Below are positions 1 to 11,135 of a stretch of DNA of 64,000 nt, piece by piece. The position numbers and the translations under genes were made by a program. The stretch is from an uncultured bacterium. Its GTDB lineage: Bacteria > Abyssobacteria > SURF-5. The notes beneath the pieces are model-generated. The model did not search any database, was not told the origin of the DNA, and saw only the letters and a program-made list of their open reading frames with translations. Location of the stretch: NCBI GenBank assembly GCA_964607485.1, contig CAZSKP010000003.1, positions 134,622 through 198,621 on the forward strand. Direction: 5' to 3'. The first letter of the stretch is position 1. The number at the start of each line of letters is the position of its first letter.

Positions 1-1543
1 CGAAGACGGTCTCGACCAGCCCCCTCAGAGGAGGCAGTTCGGGCGGGCGGCCCCGACGGGTGAAGGGAGCGGCCTCCTCAGCCTTGGGCGCACCGGGGAT
101 ATCGTCCAGCGAAAGCCCTTTGTCGTTGACGTCTCTCACGATTTCTTCCGCCCTTGTTTTCGCCATCTCCAGAGCCTTCTCCGTTGTGACCGCCGCTCGG
201 ACTTCTTGTTCAACTTCCGACAGTTCCGGTATCCGTTCCGGTATCCGCTTCGTGAGCTGTACCACGTAAAAGGCGTTTTTCGTTTCGATCACGTCCGAGA
301 CGGCCCCCTCGCCCAGCCCGGGGAGTATTTCAGTTATTTCGGGCACCGGCCCGATGTTGGGAATGGCGGCGCTGTTCTCGACAAACTCGGGCGTGGTTGA
401 AACGTTCAGTTTCAGTGCCGATGCCGCCTGTTCGAGCGAGGAATTCTGCGCGTCGAGCGCCAGTCGCGCGGCCTTTTCCTCGAGCGAAAGGAGCGTATCG
501 TCGCTCGGTTCGACCTTGATGAGGATGTGACGTGCGCGGACCTCCTTATTCTTGCCCTCGCCCCTCGTTTCCTCAACCTTGATGATATGGTAGCCGAACG
601 GGGTTTGTATCACGTCGCTTATCTCGCCGGGTTTCATCGAGAAGGCCGCGTCTTCGAACGCTTTCACCATGCGTCCCCTGGGGAAGAAACCCAGGTCGCC
701 CCCTTTCGACGCCGTGGCGTCGTCGTCGGAATATTTCTCCGCCAGTTCGGCAAAGTCGTCGCCCGCGCGCGCTCTCTCCAGAACGCTCTCGGCAAACCGT
801 TTCACGTCGGCGTAGTCGAGCGGGCTTGGTTCTTTCTTCAACTCGACATATGAGAGCTTGACCCGGGCAGGCTCGGCGTATCGCTTCTTGTTCTGCTCGT
901 AATAAGAGGCGAGGTCGTCCTGTGTGATTTTCACTTTGTCGATGAGGTCGGCTGCCTTGAGCGCTATGAATTCGACCCGTACCTTTTCGTGTTGGCGTCG
1001 ATATTCATTCCGTATCTCATCTTCCGTCACGCGGGCCTCGGAACTGACCATATCCGCGAGCCTCTGAATTTTCAGATTTTCCCTTTCCTGCTCGACAAGC
1101 TGGGGCCAGTTGATGCGGGGATTGTTGAGCGATGCGTTCCATTTGGCGGGGTCGAATTTGCCGTCGGTGTAAAAGACCGGGTTCTTCTTCAGCGTATCCT
1201 GCACCTCTTCGTCCGAGACGACGATGCCCAGGCGGTCGACCTGCTGTCTGAGCACTATGTCGCGCACCATCCTGTCCAATGCCTGCTGCTTGAGGTTCAG
1301 GAGCTTCTCCAATTCGGGCGTATAGTTGGAGCCGAAGTTGGCTCGGGCGGTTTCGCGGAGGTTGTGGAAATAGGCTACGAATTGCTCCAGCGAAACTTTC
1401 TGGTCGCCCACCTTGATCAGCGTGCGTTTCTCCTTACTGCCCATCGTCGGGAATGCGCCCCACAGGATGAACGCCGGCACTACGAGCACAATAATGGCGA
1501 TGAGGAAATTCCTCGTGTTTCTCCGCATGAAATCAAGAAGCAT
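1..1543 (-). CDS. PpiD/SurA-like peptidyl-prolyl isomerase (3' end runs off window)
   Basis: Hand translation of the minus strand from ATG 1543: MLLDFMRRNTRNFLIAIIVLVVPAFILWG (N-terminal anchor), a SurA-N-like helical region, then the parvulin motif KGGDLGFFPRGRMVKAFEDAAFSMKPGEISDVIQTPFGYHIIKV. Not in the ORF track because it is truncated. Confidence 0.88.
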   Translation of the reverse strand, partial: MLLDFMRRNTRNFLIAIIVLVVPAFILWGAFPTMGSKEKRTLIKVGDQKVSLEQFVAYFHNLRETARANFGSNYTPELEKLLNLKQQALDRMVRDIVLRQQVDRLGIVVSDEEVQDTLKKNPVFYTDGKFDPAKWNASLNNPRINWPQLVEQERENLKIQRLADMVSSEARVTEDEIRNEYRRQHEKVRVEFIALKAADLIDKVKITQDDLASYYEQNKKRYAEPARVKLSYVELKKEPSPLDYADVKRFAESVLERARAGDDFAELAEKYSDDDATASKGGDLGFFPRGRMVKAFEDAAFSMKPGEISDVIQTPFGYHIIKVEETRGEGKNKEVRARHILIKVEPSDDTLLSLEEKAARLALDAQNSSLEQAASALKLNVSTTPEFVENSAAIPNIGPVPEITEILPGLGEGAVSDVIETKNAFYVVQLTKRIPERIPELSEVEQEVRAAVTTEKALEMAKTRAEEIVRDVNDKGLSLDDIPGAPKAEEAAPFTRRGRPPELPPLRGLVETVF

Positions 1544-1749
1544 AGTGAGTTTATCTCCGAATTGCTGCCTGCGATAAATAACCGTTACGTATCCTGAATA
1601 CGATGTTATTATAGCTTTTCAACGATGCTTTTGCAATCTCTCAATCGGTCCCACCGCTCCGAAGATTGCTGTGCCGATTGAAATTTGGCTGCGACAGTGC
1701 TAGAATGACGCCCGTCGCGCAAGACACAAACCATACCGGAGAACCCGTC

Positions 1750-2205
1750 ATGACAATAAAGGAAAAGGTCGAGGCCGGAATAAAGGACGCGATGAAACAC
1801 AAGCAGCAGGAACGACTCTCCGCCCTGAGAATGATCAAAGCCGAATTCCTGCTGAAGGAAAAGGAAGCGGGCAAATCTCTGGACGATTCCGCCGCCGACC
1901 AGGCGCTTCAAAAGATGCTCCGGAAATACAAGAAGGCGAAGGAAGAATACGTTTCGCTCGGCAAACGCGACGAGGCCGAGCACTACGAGCGCGACATGAA
2001 GGTCATCGAGAGTTTCATGTCGGCTCCGATGATGGATGAGGGCCAGATAAAACAGGCGCTGGAGGCTCTCGTGACCGAGCTGAACGCGACCGGGCCCAAA
2101 GATTTCGGCAGCGTAATGAAGGCGTTCATGTCCGCTCATTCCAACGCGGACGGCAGAGCTGTCTCGTCAATGCTGAAAGAAATCTTGAACAAGAAATCGG
2201 AGTAG
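1750..2205 (+). CDS. GatB/YqeY domain protein
   Basis: [16 protein letters not shown]...[10 protein letters not shown]...KDFGSVMK...ADGRAVS pattern of YqeY. Confidence 0.85.
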   Translation: MTIKEKVEAGIKDAMKHKQQERLSALRMIKAEFLLKEKEAGKSLDDSAADQALQKMLRKYKKAKEEYVSLGKRDEAEHYERDMKVIESFMSAPMMDEGQIKQALEALVTELNATGPKDFGSVMKAFMSAHSNADGRAVSSMLKEILNKKSE

Positions 2206-2255
2206 CGCGCGGCCCGACTATCGGGCAGATTCATTTCTCCTGTTTTCAATCGCCC

Positions 2256-3911
2256 ATGAAAACGTACGATCCGCAGAAGGTGTACCTTCGAGCCCTCTAC
2301 AAGGCGGCCGGATATTCCGACGAAGATTTGAAGAAACCGCTGATAGCGGTCGCCAACTCCTGGTCGGAACTGAACCCCGGCCACTCTCATCTCCGAGAAA
2401 TCGCCGACCGGGTGAAAGAGGGCATATGGGAAGCGGGCGGCATGCCCGCCGAATTCAATACCATCGGCCCATGCGACGGCATCGCGCAGGGTCGGGGGAT
2501 GCACTGCGTGCTTCCGTCGCGCGACGTCGTGGCGGCCTCGGTAGAACTGATGGCGGGCGCTCACCGGGCCGACGGGCTGGTGCTCATCGGCTCATGCGAC
2601 AAGATCATCCCCGGCATGCTCATGGCCGCGCTTCGGCTCGACGTTCCCTCCATTTTCTTCACGGGCGGCATCATGCAGCCGCGCGGCGACATGGTGACCT
2701 GCGACATCAAGGAAGCCATCGGAGAGTTCTCCGCCGGAAAGATAACCCGAGAGGAACTCGAAGAGATCGAATCGACCACGTGCGCCAGCGTCGGCGCGTG
2801 CAACATGATGGGGACCGCCAGCACGATGTGCTGTCTGCTCGAGGCCTTGGGGCTCGCGCTTCCCGGAACGGCCACCCTTTCCGCCGTTGACCCCGCCCGG
2901 TCGCGGCTGGCGCGCGCGGCCGGAAAGCAAATCGTCGGGCTCGTCAAGAAGAAGATGAAGCCATTGAGCATCGTGACGCGTGCGTCGCTTGAGAATGCAA
3001 TCCGCGTGCTTCTCGCATTCGGGGGCTCGACAAACGCGCTGCTGCATCTGCCGGCCATCGCCGCCGAACTTGGCATAAAACTGTCGCTGGACGAATTCGA
3101 CCGGCTCAGCCGGTCCACCCCGCTGCTGTGCAGGTTCAAGCCCGCCTCGCCGTTCAATCTGCTCGACTTCCACGAGGCCGGCGGCATGCCCGCGCTGATG
3201 CGGGAGCTCGCGCCTCTCCTCCATCTGGACCGGATGACCGTCTCGGGAAGAACGCTGAAACAGATTACTCGCTCCGCGCGCGTGCACGTGAGAGAGGTCA
3301 TCGCTTCTCTCGACAGGCCCCTGGCGAAAGAGGGCGGCATCGCCATCCTTCGCGGCAACCTCGCGCCGGAGGGCGCCGTCGTCAAGACGAGCGGCGTCGG
3401 CCGGAAGATGCTGACGCACAGAGGGCCCGCCGTGGTGTTCGAATGCGAGGAGGACGTGCGCGACCACTTGATGAAGCGCCGGGTGAAGCCGGGCAGCGTG
3501 CTCGTCATAAGGTATGAAGGTCCGAAGGGAGGTCCGGGCATGCGAGAGATGTCCATTCCAGCGGCGATGCTCGTCGGAATGGGACTGAGCGACTCGGTCG
3601 CGATGGTGACCGATGGACGCTATTCGGGCGCGACACGCGGGCCGTGCATCGGCCACGTGTGCCCCGAGGCGGCAAGCGGAGGCCCGATAGCAATTGTCAG
3701 GAACGGCGACATGATCGAGATCGACATTCCGGGAAGAAAACTCAACGTCGATCTCACGAGATCCGAAATCTCGAAGCGGCTGAAGAAATGGAAACCGCCG
3801 GAGCCGAAAATGGACAAGGGGTTCCTAGGCATCTATCAGCAAATTGTCGGAAGCGCGTCGGATGGCGCACGGCTCGGCGAGGCACATCCAAAGCGGAGGT
3901 CCAAGAAATGA
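2256..3911 (+). CDS. IlvD/Edd family dehydratase
   Basis: [48 protein letters not shown] motifs. Confidence 0.92.
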   Translation: MKTYDPQKVYLRALYKAAGYSDEDLKKPLIAVANSWSELNPGHSHLREIADRVKEGIWEAGGMPAEFNTIGPCDGIAQGRGMHCVLPSRDVVAASVELMAGAHRADGLVLIGSCDKIIPGMLMAALRLDVPSIFFTGGIMQPRGDMVTCDIKEAIGEFSAGKITREELEEIESTTCASVGACNMMGTASTMCCLLEALGLALPGTATLSAVDPARSRLARAAGKQIVGLVKKKMKPLSIVTRASLENAIRVLLAFGGSTNALLHLPAIAAELGIKLSLDEFDRLSRSTPLLCRFKPASPFNLLDFHEAGGMPALMRELAPLLHLDRMTVSGRTLKQITRSARVHVREVIASLDRPLAKEGGIAILRGNLAPEGAVVKTSGVGRKMLTHRGPAVVFECEEDVRDHLMKRRVKPGSVLVIRYEGPKGGPGMREMSIPAAMLVGMGLSDSVAMVTDGRYSGATRGPCIGHVCPEAASGGPIAIVRNGDMIEIDIPGRKLNVDLTRSEISKRLKKWKPPEPKMDKGFLGIYQQIVGSASDGARLGEAHPKRRSKK

Positions 3912-5707
3912 AGATGACCGGTGGCGAAATCGTCGTCGAATATCTGGTGAGAGAAAACGTGCCCTACGCCGTCGGAATACCCGGCCACGGATGCCTCGCG
4001 CTCGTTGACGCGCTGATGAAGGCGAAAGAGAAAATCTCCGTGCTGCAGGTGCGTCAGGAGATGAGCGCCGTCCACCTGGCCGACGGCTACTACCGCGTCT
4101 CGGGCAAGCCGCTGGCCGTGTTCACCTCCATCGGGCCGGGCGCGATCAACACCGCCATCGGACTCGCGACGGCGTTCGTCGATTCGACCGCCGTGCTCGC
4201 GCTCACGGGCGACACGCACGTGCACATGTTCGGGCGGGGCGTCCTGCAGGAAATCGAGCGCACGCACAGCGCGAACTTTCCGCGAGTGCTCGAGCCGATT
4301 GTCAAGCGCTACTGGCAGGCGGTGAGCGCCGAGCAGTTACCGCACATCATGCAGCGCGCCTTCAGCCAGATGCTCTGCGGGCGGCGAGGGCCGGTGCTCA
4401 TCGACCTTCCGATGGATGTGCAGGCGGATTCGGCGGACGTGAAAATGCCAAGCCCCGGGGAACGCAAGTGCTCCGCGCGGGTGAAGCCCGACCCGGCGTC
4501 CATCGAGCAGGCCGCTCGTCTGCTGCTCTCGGCAAAGAGGCCGGTGATACTCGCCGGCGGCGGAGTGATCGCGTCGGAGGCGTGGGAGGAATTGAAGACG
4601 CTGGCCGAATACATCGGCGCCGCCGTCGTGACGACGATGATGGGCAAGAGCTGTTTTCCCGAAAATCATCCGCTCTACGGATGGCATGCCGGCAGCAAGG
4701 GCACGACGGTCGGCAACACGCTGTGCTCGCGGGCCGACGTGTTGCTCGCGGTCGGTTGCCGCTTCGCGGACGAGACGGCGTCGTCGTACCGGCACGGCGT
4801 GAGCTTCGCCATTCCGCCGACGAAATTGATACACGCCGACATCGACGCCGCGGAGATCGGAAAAAATTATCCCGTCGAGGTCGGCATCGTCGGCGACGCC
4901 AAGAGCACCCTGACCGACCTGCTCAACGCCATCGTCCGGGAAGCCCCGAAGCGCATCAAGAAGAAAGCGGAATACTACGGCGAGATACAGGCGCTCAGGA
5001 AGAAATGGCTGACCGCCGTCGCCAAGCTGCAGAACGCCGACCGCACGCCGCCGACCATCTCGCGCGCGCTCAAGGAACTGCGGGATGAATTGCCGGAGGA
5101 GGCGATCGTCGCGTGCTCGTCGGGCAACTCGCAGGCGCAGATTCTGCAGGAATTCCCTTTCACGAAGCCGAAGACGCTGCTGACGACGGGCGGCTTCTCG
5201 ACGATGGGCTGGGCGCTGCCCGCCGCGATGGGCGCGAAACTCGCCAAGCCCGACGTGCCCGTGGTGGCCGCCATCGGCGACGGCGACTTCATGATGACGA
5301 TGCAGGAGATGGCGACTGCCGTGCAGTACGGCATCCCCGTCGTCGTGTTCCTCGTGAACAATTCCGGCTGGATTTCGATCAAGGATTTGCAGATGGCCGC
5401 ATTCGGCAAGGACCGCGCGTATGCGACCGATTTCGAGAAGGGCGGCAAGCCGTACACGCCCGATTTCAGGAAGGTCGCCGAGGCGTTCGGCTGTCACGCC
5501 GAGCGTGCGGAGAAGGCCGCGCAGATACGGCCGGCGCTCAAGCGCGCGCTCGCGAGCGGCAAGCCGGCCGTCGTCGAGGTCATCGTCAACCGCCAGTATC
5601 CGCACACCGGCAGCCCGGCCGTCGGCTGGTGGGACGTACCCATCCCGACCTACCTCAGGGCCCAGCGCAAGGAATACGAGAAAGCACGCAAGGAAGAGGT
5701 GCTTTGA
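3908..5707 (+). CDS. Thiamine-diphosphate enzyme (acetolactate synthase superfamily, IolD-like features)
   Basis: GDGDF...NN TPP motif; GIPGHG, TSIGPGA, C-terminal WWDVP; ATG overlaps the upstream stop. Confidence 0.88.
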   Translation: MKMTGGEIVVEYLVRENVPYAVGIPGHGCLALVDALMKAKEKISVLQVRQEMSAVHLADGYYRVSGKPLAVFTSIGPGAINTAIGLATAFVDSTAVLALTGDTHVHMFGRGVLQEIERTHSANFPRVLEPIVKRYWQAVSAEQLPHIMQRAFSQMLCGRRGPVLIDLPMDVQADSADVKMPSPGERKCSARVKPDPASIEQAARLLLSAKRPVILAGGGVIASEAWEELKTLAEYIGAAVVTTMMGKSCFPENHPLYGWHAGSKGTTVGNTLCSRADVLLAVGCRFADETASSYRHGVSFAIPPTKLIHADIDAAEIGKNYPVEVGIVGDAKSTLTDLLNAIVREAPKRIKKKAEYYGEIQALRKKWLTAVAKLQNADRTPPTISRALKELRDELPEEAIVACSSGNSQAQILQEFPFTKPKTLLTTGGFSTMGWALPAAMGAKLAKPDVPVVAAIGDGDFMMTMQEMATAVQYGIPVVVFLVNNSGWISIKDLQMAAFGKDRAYATDFEKGGKPYTPDFRKVAEAFGCHAERAEKAAQIRPALKRALASGKPAVVEVIVNRQYPHTGSPAVGWWDVPIPTYLRAQRKEYEKARKEEVL

Positions 5708-5779
5708 TGCTTACAGAAACCAAACCTTCGAGTTACTGGGTCTCCATCCGCGGATTTCGCAGATCGACGCAGATTCTGC

Positions 5780-6394
5780 ATGGCTAATCCCTGGGATGAC
5801 ATATTCAAGAAAGAGGGGGCATTCTTCGTCGAGCCGCATGAGGACATACCGGGAATTGTCGACCTGTTGAAGCAAAATGCGGCGGATACCGTGCTGGACC
5901 TTGGTTGCGGCTCGGGGAGGCACACCGTGTATCTCGCAAAGAGCGGATTTTCAGTCTTCGGCCTGGATGAGTCACCGGAGGGAATCGAGATAACCTGCAG
6001 ACGGCTTGCCAACGAGGGGCTCGCCGCCGACCTGCAGATCCGGAGCATGACCGAGAAGCTACCCTATGACAACGCATCTTTAGACGCGGTCATTTCCGTA
6101 CAGGTCATTCATCACGCCAGGGTGGCGGCAATCAGGGGTATCGTCGGCGAGATAGCGCGCGTGCTCAAGAGAGGCGGATTCGTGTTCGTTACGGTTCCGA
6201 AAATCAGGGTTCAAGGAATAACATTCAAGGAAGTCGAGCCTGGCACGTTCATCCCGCTCGATGGCATAGAGAAAGGGCTGCCACACCACTACTTCACAGC
6301 CGAAGAACTCCGTGAGCTATTCAGCGACTTCAACGTGACGGACATCCATCTTGACACGACGGCCCACTATTGCCTGTCGGCGTTCAAGCAGTGA
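5780..6394 (+). CDS. Class I SAM-dependent methyltransferase
   Basis: VLDLGCGSGRH motif I; EIARVLKRGG. Confidence 0.88.
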   Translation: MANPWDDIFKKEGAFFVEPHEDIPGIVDLLKQNAADTVLDLGCGSGRHTVYLAKSGFSVFGLDESPEGIEITCRRLANEGLAADLQIRSMTEKLPYDNASLDAVISVQVIHHARVAAIRGIVGEIARVLKRGGFVFVTVPKIRVQGITFKEVEPGTFIPLDGIEKGLPHHYFTAEELRELFSDFNVTDIHLDTTAHYCLSAFKQ

Positions 6395-6405
6395 TATCGG
6401 CGGTC

Positions 6406-6864
6406 TCACTGCTCCCATTTCTGCAGCTCTATGATGTTGCCTTCGGGGTCAGCGAGATAGACGAAGGTGATCTTGCCTGCCTCGGGAATCTCGGTGGTCA
6501 CGATTTTCCCGACATCCCTGCCACCAGTGGCGAGGACGGCGTCACGTGCGGCCTGCACGTCATCAACGGCGAACGCGATATGTCCGAAGCCGGGCCGATT
6601 GGCGGCGGTCTGCTGTCCCGGCGCGGCATTGGCGTACTGGAACACCTCGAGCGTCGGGCCTTCGTCACCGAAGCCGGGAAGCCGGAGATGCACGCCTTTG
6701 ATCTCGGCGTCGGCGACACCCGTGGCATCATCGAGCCATCGCCCGCTTATCTTTCTCTCCGGGGGCACAGGCTTGCAGCCGAAAACCCGCACATAGAACT
6801 CGGCGAGCTTTCTCCAGTCCCTCGCGACGAGATTGGTATGGACGTATTTCGCCTTAATGCCCAA
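6406..6864 (-). CDS. VOC/glyoxalase family protein
   Basis: HTNLV...LEVFQY...GFGHIAFAVDD...YLADPEGNIIEL. Confidence 0.88.
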   Translation of the reverse strand: MGIKAKYVHTNLVARDWRKLAEFYVRVFGCKPVPPERKISGRWLDDATGVADAEIKGVHLRLPGFGDEGPTLEVFQYANAAPGQQTAANRPGFGHIAFAVDDVQAARDAVLATGGRDVGKIVTTEIPEAGKITFVYLADPEGNIIELQKWEQ

Positions 6865-6892
6865 TCCCGATTCCCCTCTCAGCGCCGCCGGC

Positions 6893-8068
6893 TCAATGAT
6901 CGATTATCGTGGTTTCGATCTGGGTTTTGGTAAGGACCTCGCTGCCGTCGTTGGTGATGACGACGGGGCATTCGAGACGCATGCCGCCGACGCCCGGCCT
7001 GTTTATCACGAGCGCCGCCACCTCGGCCATGTTGGGCTCGAAGGTGAGGTGAGCGAACTCCTCGCCGCTCGTTATTGCGGGATACCACTCGTGGCCGACG
7101 ATGCCGATGCCGTGGCCGAACGCGGCGAGCGCGTACTGGACGTAGCCGATGGAGCTCAGGTGGTCCATCATCTCCTGCCAGATGTCGCCGATGCGCGCGC
7201 CTTTCGTGATCTTCTTGAGCAACAGGCTGGCCGTGCCCTCGTATGCCTTCGCGAGGTCTTCCTGCTCCTTGGTGGGTGTGCCGATGATGTAGTTGTGCGA
7301 GAGGTCGGCGTAGTAGTGGCCGTAGGTGCTGTGGAGATCGACGAGCAGGTTGTCGCCCGGCTGAAGGATGCGGTCGGTTGGCGGAGTGCAGCCGCACTGC
7401 GTGTAGGCGGTCCGCTCGCCCGAAGCGATCTCGTTGCTGCCGGTGATGGGCCAGTGAAATTCGCTGCCGAGTTGACGCATCGCGAGCTCGCCGATGCCGG
7501 CTACCTCGAGCTCGGTCAGGCCCGGGCGCAGGTGTTCCTTCACCACTTCCTGAGCGGCGTCGCATATGGCGGCCGCGCGCTTCATCAGCGCTATCTCGCC
7601 CGGCTCCTTCACGACGGAGACCTTGTCGATGACGCTGAGCGCGTCCGCGAACCGCGCCTTCGGCAAGTCTCTCCGCAGCATGTCGTATTCGGTCGCCCAC
7701 AGGTATCCGGCGGCAAGCCGGGGCGACTGGCCCAGCTCGACCCCGACCGTCTTCTCAGCGTAGCCCCAGTCCTTGATGCGCGCGATCGCCTGCTCCATCA
7801 GTGAGAAACCGGGCATGACGGGCCCGGAGCCGACGACTTGCTCGCCCAGCCATGACTCGGCCTTCACACGCTCGAAGTCCATGAGGAGCGTGTTCACCTC
7901 GATGCGTCCGTCCGAGGCGACGAGCGCGTAACTCCTCCACGGGACGAATGCGCCGCTTATGTAGCAGACGCTCTTCTCGCGGGTCGCGAGCAGTATGTCC
8001 ACACCCTCCTCGGCCATCTGCCTGCGTATTCGTTCCATTCGCGCGGGGTAGTCGAGATATATCTGCAT
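6893..8068 (-). CDS. M24 (Xaa-Pro peptidase/creatinase) family protein
   Basis: Creatinase-N-like domain plus pita-bread domain: VDL..Y.ADL, GHGIG..GHE, GMRLE. Confidence 0.85.
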   Translation of the reverse strand: MQIYLDYPARMERIRRQMAEEGVDILLATREKSVCYISGAFVPWRSYALVASDGRIEVNTLLMDFERVKAESWLGEQVVGSGPVMPGFSLMEQAIARIKDWGYAEKTVGVELGQSPRLAAGYLWATEYDMLRRDLPKARFADALSVIDKVSVVKEPGEIALMKRAAAICDAAQEVVKEHLRPGLTELEVAGIGELAMRQLGSEFHWPITGSNEIASGERTAYTQCGCTPPTDRILQPGDNLLVDLHSTYGHYYADLSHNYIIGTPTKEQEDLAKAYEGTASLLLKKITKGARIGDIWQEMMDHLSSIGYVQYALAAFGHGIGIVGHEWYPAITSGEEFAHLTFEPNMAEVAALVINRPGVGGMRLECPVVITNDGSEVLTKTQIETTIIDH

Positions 8069-8275
8069 ATGAGAGTCCTCCTCCAGAGGAAGCTTGTTCG
8101 GGCTGGGACAAGAGTTCGGTGGGTCAGCGCGATTATACCACGCCGCGGGCCGGTTTTCAATACTTTCGCCGTCGGGATTGAACGCGCCGGGCCAATGTGC
8201 TAACGTTTCTGCTGGAGGGAATGGCCTCGTCCTCCAGAGTTGGATATGGTCTCACGGCTCGGTCTATAGCAAGAT

Positions 8276-8375
8276 TGTCATTCTGAGTGCAGCGAAGAAT
8301 CTCTGTTGAACCAACGCATTCGAGATGAACATGAGATCCTTCACTCGGGCCTGTGGCCCTTCGTTCAGGATGACA
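8276..8375. repeat. REP-like palindrome, family A (TGTCATTCTGAG...CAGGATGACA)
   Basis: Inverted arms; related copies at 33546, 46172 and 47205. Confidence 0.8.
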
Positions 8376-8427
8376 ACAGCGGTTGAGGTGTGACGACACG
8401 CTGCCACAAGAGCACTTTCGAAACGCT

Positions 8428-9408
8428 ATGCATCCACGGTACGTGTTCATCGTAAATCCCCGTTCCGGCGCGGGCAAGGGTGAGAGAGTCGCTGAGACGC
8501 TCGACAAGGTGCTCGCCGAGCACCCCATCCTCCGTGAGGGGATGGGGCAGATATTCACGGTTGATGAGCTCGACGCCGGCAGGCTGTGCCGTGTCCTGGC
8601 GGGCGCTGAGGCGGTCGTCGCGGTGGGCGGCGACGGAACCGTCAGCTATCTCCTGCCCCACATCCTGGCGTGCGAATCGCCGCCGGCGCTCGGCCTGATC
8701 CCTCTGGGAACGAGCAACGACCTCGCACGGGCGCTCGGCGTGTCCGTACGCGCCGACTACACCGACGCCGAGACCCTCCGGAGGACGCTCGACGGATTTT
8801 TGGATGCCCGCCACGAAAACCTCGACGTGCTGAGCGTGAACCAGGGGAGATTTTTCTGCAACTATCTCGGCATCGGCTTCGACGCCGCCATCGTGAGGGA
8901 TTTCGACGACGTTCGCACTTCGCGCTTGGCGAAACTGCTTCCGCCCGGCCGGCTCACGAACAATCTGTTGTACTTCCTTTTGGGACTAAAGAACGCCGGT
9001 TTCTACCTGAAGCCGCCCGTGGAAATCGCTTACGGCAACGAGCAGGGAGACCATCGCACGGGAATAGATTCTCCGTGCCGAGCGATAATCGTCAGCAACC
9101 TGCCGGTGTACGCAGGCGGATGTCCCATCAGTCCCGACGCCAGAACGGATGACGGTCTCTTCGAGATGACGCTCGTCCGCACTATCTGGCAATTCATACT
9201 GCTGATACTCAGCAGGTTCCTTCCATTCGTGCGCCTTCCGCGCCGCGTGGCGCGGTATCGGGCGCGGTGGGCGACAATTCGCCTCACTTCGCCTGCGCCG
9301 TTCCAGATCGACGGTGAGAAAGGTTCCGACGCCGACGCCCTCATGCCCAGCCTGAACATATCTATCCACGCCAGCCTGCATGTTCTGACGCCCCGCCGGC
9401 CTATGTAA
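8428..9408 (+). CDS. Diacylglycerol/lipid kinase family (YegS/DgkB-like)
   Basis: NPRSG, GGDGT, PLGTSNDLAR, GIGFDA, DDGLFE, QIDGE. Confidence 0.88.
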   Translation: MHPRYVFIVNPRSGAGKGERVAETLDKVLAEHPILREGMGQIFTVDELDAGRLCRVLAGAEAVVAVGGDGTVSYLLPHILACESPPALGLIPLGTSNDLARALGVSVRADYTDAETLRRTLDGFLDARHENLDVLSVNQGRFFCNYLGIGFDAAIVRDFDDVRTSRLAKLLPPGRLTNNLLYFLLGLKNAGFYLKPPVEIAYGNEQGDHRTGIDSPCRAIIVSNLPVYAGGCPISPDARTDDGLFEMTLVRTIWQFILLILSRFLPFVRLPRRVARYRARWATIRLTSPAPFQIDGEKGSDADALMPSLNISIHASLHVLTPRRPM

Positions 9409-9494
9409 GCATGATTACAGAACGAATCGCCCAAATGTTTGAAACTGAGTAGTGAAGAGCACAATGATTTTCATAAGAATAAGGTGATTTATAG

Positions 9495-9992
9495 ATGCTG
9501 TCATTCATAAACATGACATGTCCGGCGTGCGAATCGGTGTACACGCTATCTATTGAAGAACTGAACGTCCTCGTGCTCTTCAAATGCTTCGAGTGCGGGC
9601 AGCACAACCTGTATGTGGCCGGGCACGTCCTCGAACTCGACCAGCAGATAATGAACGAAGGCACCGACGAGGAAAAGAGAAATCATGTCGTTGAAACCGC
9701 CCAGTTCTTCGCCTGCGATTTTGCCGGAAACGTGCTGAGCAATGTTGACCGCGTGGTAAACGTCAATGTGGAAATCGCCCTGCAAGAGGCCAAGCAGCCC
9801 AAGAAGAAACGGGTCAAGAAGAAGAGCGAGCGAAGAAAGAAGATTTCGGCGCCACAGCTTCTGCCCTCGGTCAAACACGCCGATGCCCCCATGATCACCA
9901 TCGAAGAAGTGCGCGACTTTGTGAAAATCGACCTGCAACTCATCGACAAAGAGTGTTACTTCAACAAATTCTTTGGCGGCGAGAACAATTAG
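9495..9992 (+). CDS. Hypothetical protein with CxxC..CxxC zinc ribbon and basic patch
   Basis: CPAC/CFEC; RBS-like AAGGTG upstream; KKKRVKKKSERRKK. Confidence 0.65.
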   Translation: MLSFINMTCPACESVYTLSIEELNVLVLFKCFECGQHNLYVAGHVLELDQQIMNEGTDEEKRNHVVETAQFFACDFAGNVLSNVDRVVNVNVEIALQEAKQPKKKRVKKKSERRKKISAPQLLPSVKHADAPMITIEEVRDFVKIDLQLIDKECYFNKFFGGENN

Positions 9993-10134
9993 TCTCCTTC
10001 CATTTGCCAAGACCATCCCTTGAAGCTTCGAGCCGAGCGCCATATGTGAGAATCGGCCCCACAAGCCCGAGACGCTCTCTGTTGCAACCATCCATTGTCA
10101 AAGGCGTTAGCCAATTTCGCGATTTCAGAGCAAT

Positions 10135-10163
10135 TTGACAAATTACCGGGGCGTGGCTATAAT
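10135..10163 (+). promoter_or_regulatory. sigma70 promoter of the yicC-gmk operon
   Basis: TTGACA-N17-TATAAT perfect consensus. Confidence 0.8.
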
Positions 10164-10212
10164 CCATTGTGCTGGCAACCGTGTTGATTGTCTGTACTTG
10201 TCGGAGAGACGC

Positions 10213-11097
10213 ATGATACGCAGTATGACCGGGTTCGGTCAGGGAACGGCCGAAGCCGAGGGTATAACTGTCTGGGCCGAAATATCTTCGCTGAATCACA
10301 GATACCTCGACATCGGCGTCAGACTTTCCTCGCCCTTGAACGTATTCGAGAACAACGTACGAAAATTGGTGCAGTCGCATTTCGAGCGGGGACGGGTGAA
10401 TGTTTCGCTGAGTTCCGAGGGGAATTTGCCCGAAGCGAGCCAGGTTGAATTCAACCAGAATCTGGCTCAGCAGTATGTGGACGCGGCGCGTGCGTTCGCG
10501 GAGCAGGCGGAATTCAAAGACGACCTCGGCACGACCTCGATCCTTCGGCTCGGGCCGGTGTGGTCGCAGAAGTCCCCCCGCCCGGATGAGATCGCGAAGC
10601 TGTGGGAACTGGCCGAGAAAGCGCTCACGGCGGCCGTCGAGCAATTGTCGGAAATGCGAAAAGCCGAGGGCGCCCATATCTGGGCCGACCTCTCCGACAG
10701 GCTTCAGCAGATAGACACGGTCACGAAGGACATCGCCGCTCGCGCTCCCGTGGTGGTGGACGAATACCGTGAGAAGCTCAGAGAACGCATCGCCTCGATA
10801 TCGCCGCCCGGCGCCGAGCTGGATGAGCAGAGGCTGCTCACCGAGGTGGCTTTCTTTGCGGACAAAGCCGACATCTCTGAGGAGCTGGTGCGCATACGGA
10901 GCCACCTCGAACAGTTCAAATCGCTGGCCCAGCAGGAGTCCAATGTCGGGCGCAGGCTCGATTTTCTGCTTCAGGAAATGTTCAGAGAAGTGACCACGAT
11001 AGGCTCAAAGGCGCGCGACGTCCAGATAGCCCACGCCGTCGTCGAGGTGAAGGGCCAACTGGAGAAGATGCGCGAACAGGTTCAAAACGCCGAGTAA
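10213..11097 (+). CDS. yicC: YicC/YloC family endoribonuclease
   Basis: MIRSMTGFG...GRRLDFLLQEMFRE..TIGSK...EKMREQVQN. Confidence 0.93.
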   Translation: MIRSMTGFGQGTAEAEGITVWAEISSLNHRYLDIGVRLSSPLNVFENNVRKLVQSHFERGRVNVSLSSEGNLPEASQVEFNQNLAQQYVDAARAFAEQAEFKDDLGTTSILRLGPVWSQKSPRPDEIAKLWELAEKALTAAVEQLSEMRKAEGAHIWADLSDRLQQIDTVTKDIAARAPVVVDEYREKLRERIASISPPGAELDEQRLLTEVAFFADKADISEELVRIRSHLEQFKSLAQQESNVGRRLDFLLQEMFREVTTIGSKARDVQIAHAVVEVKGQLEKMREQVQNAE

Positions 11098-11135
11098 CAG
11101 GGGAATGCCGAGGGATATCCGTAGAGAGAACAGAT

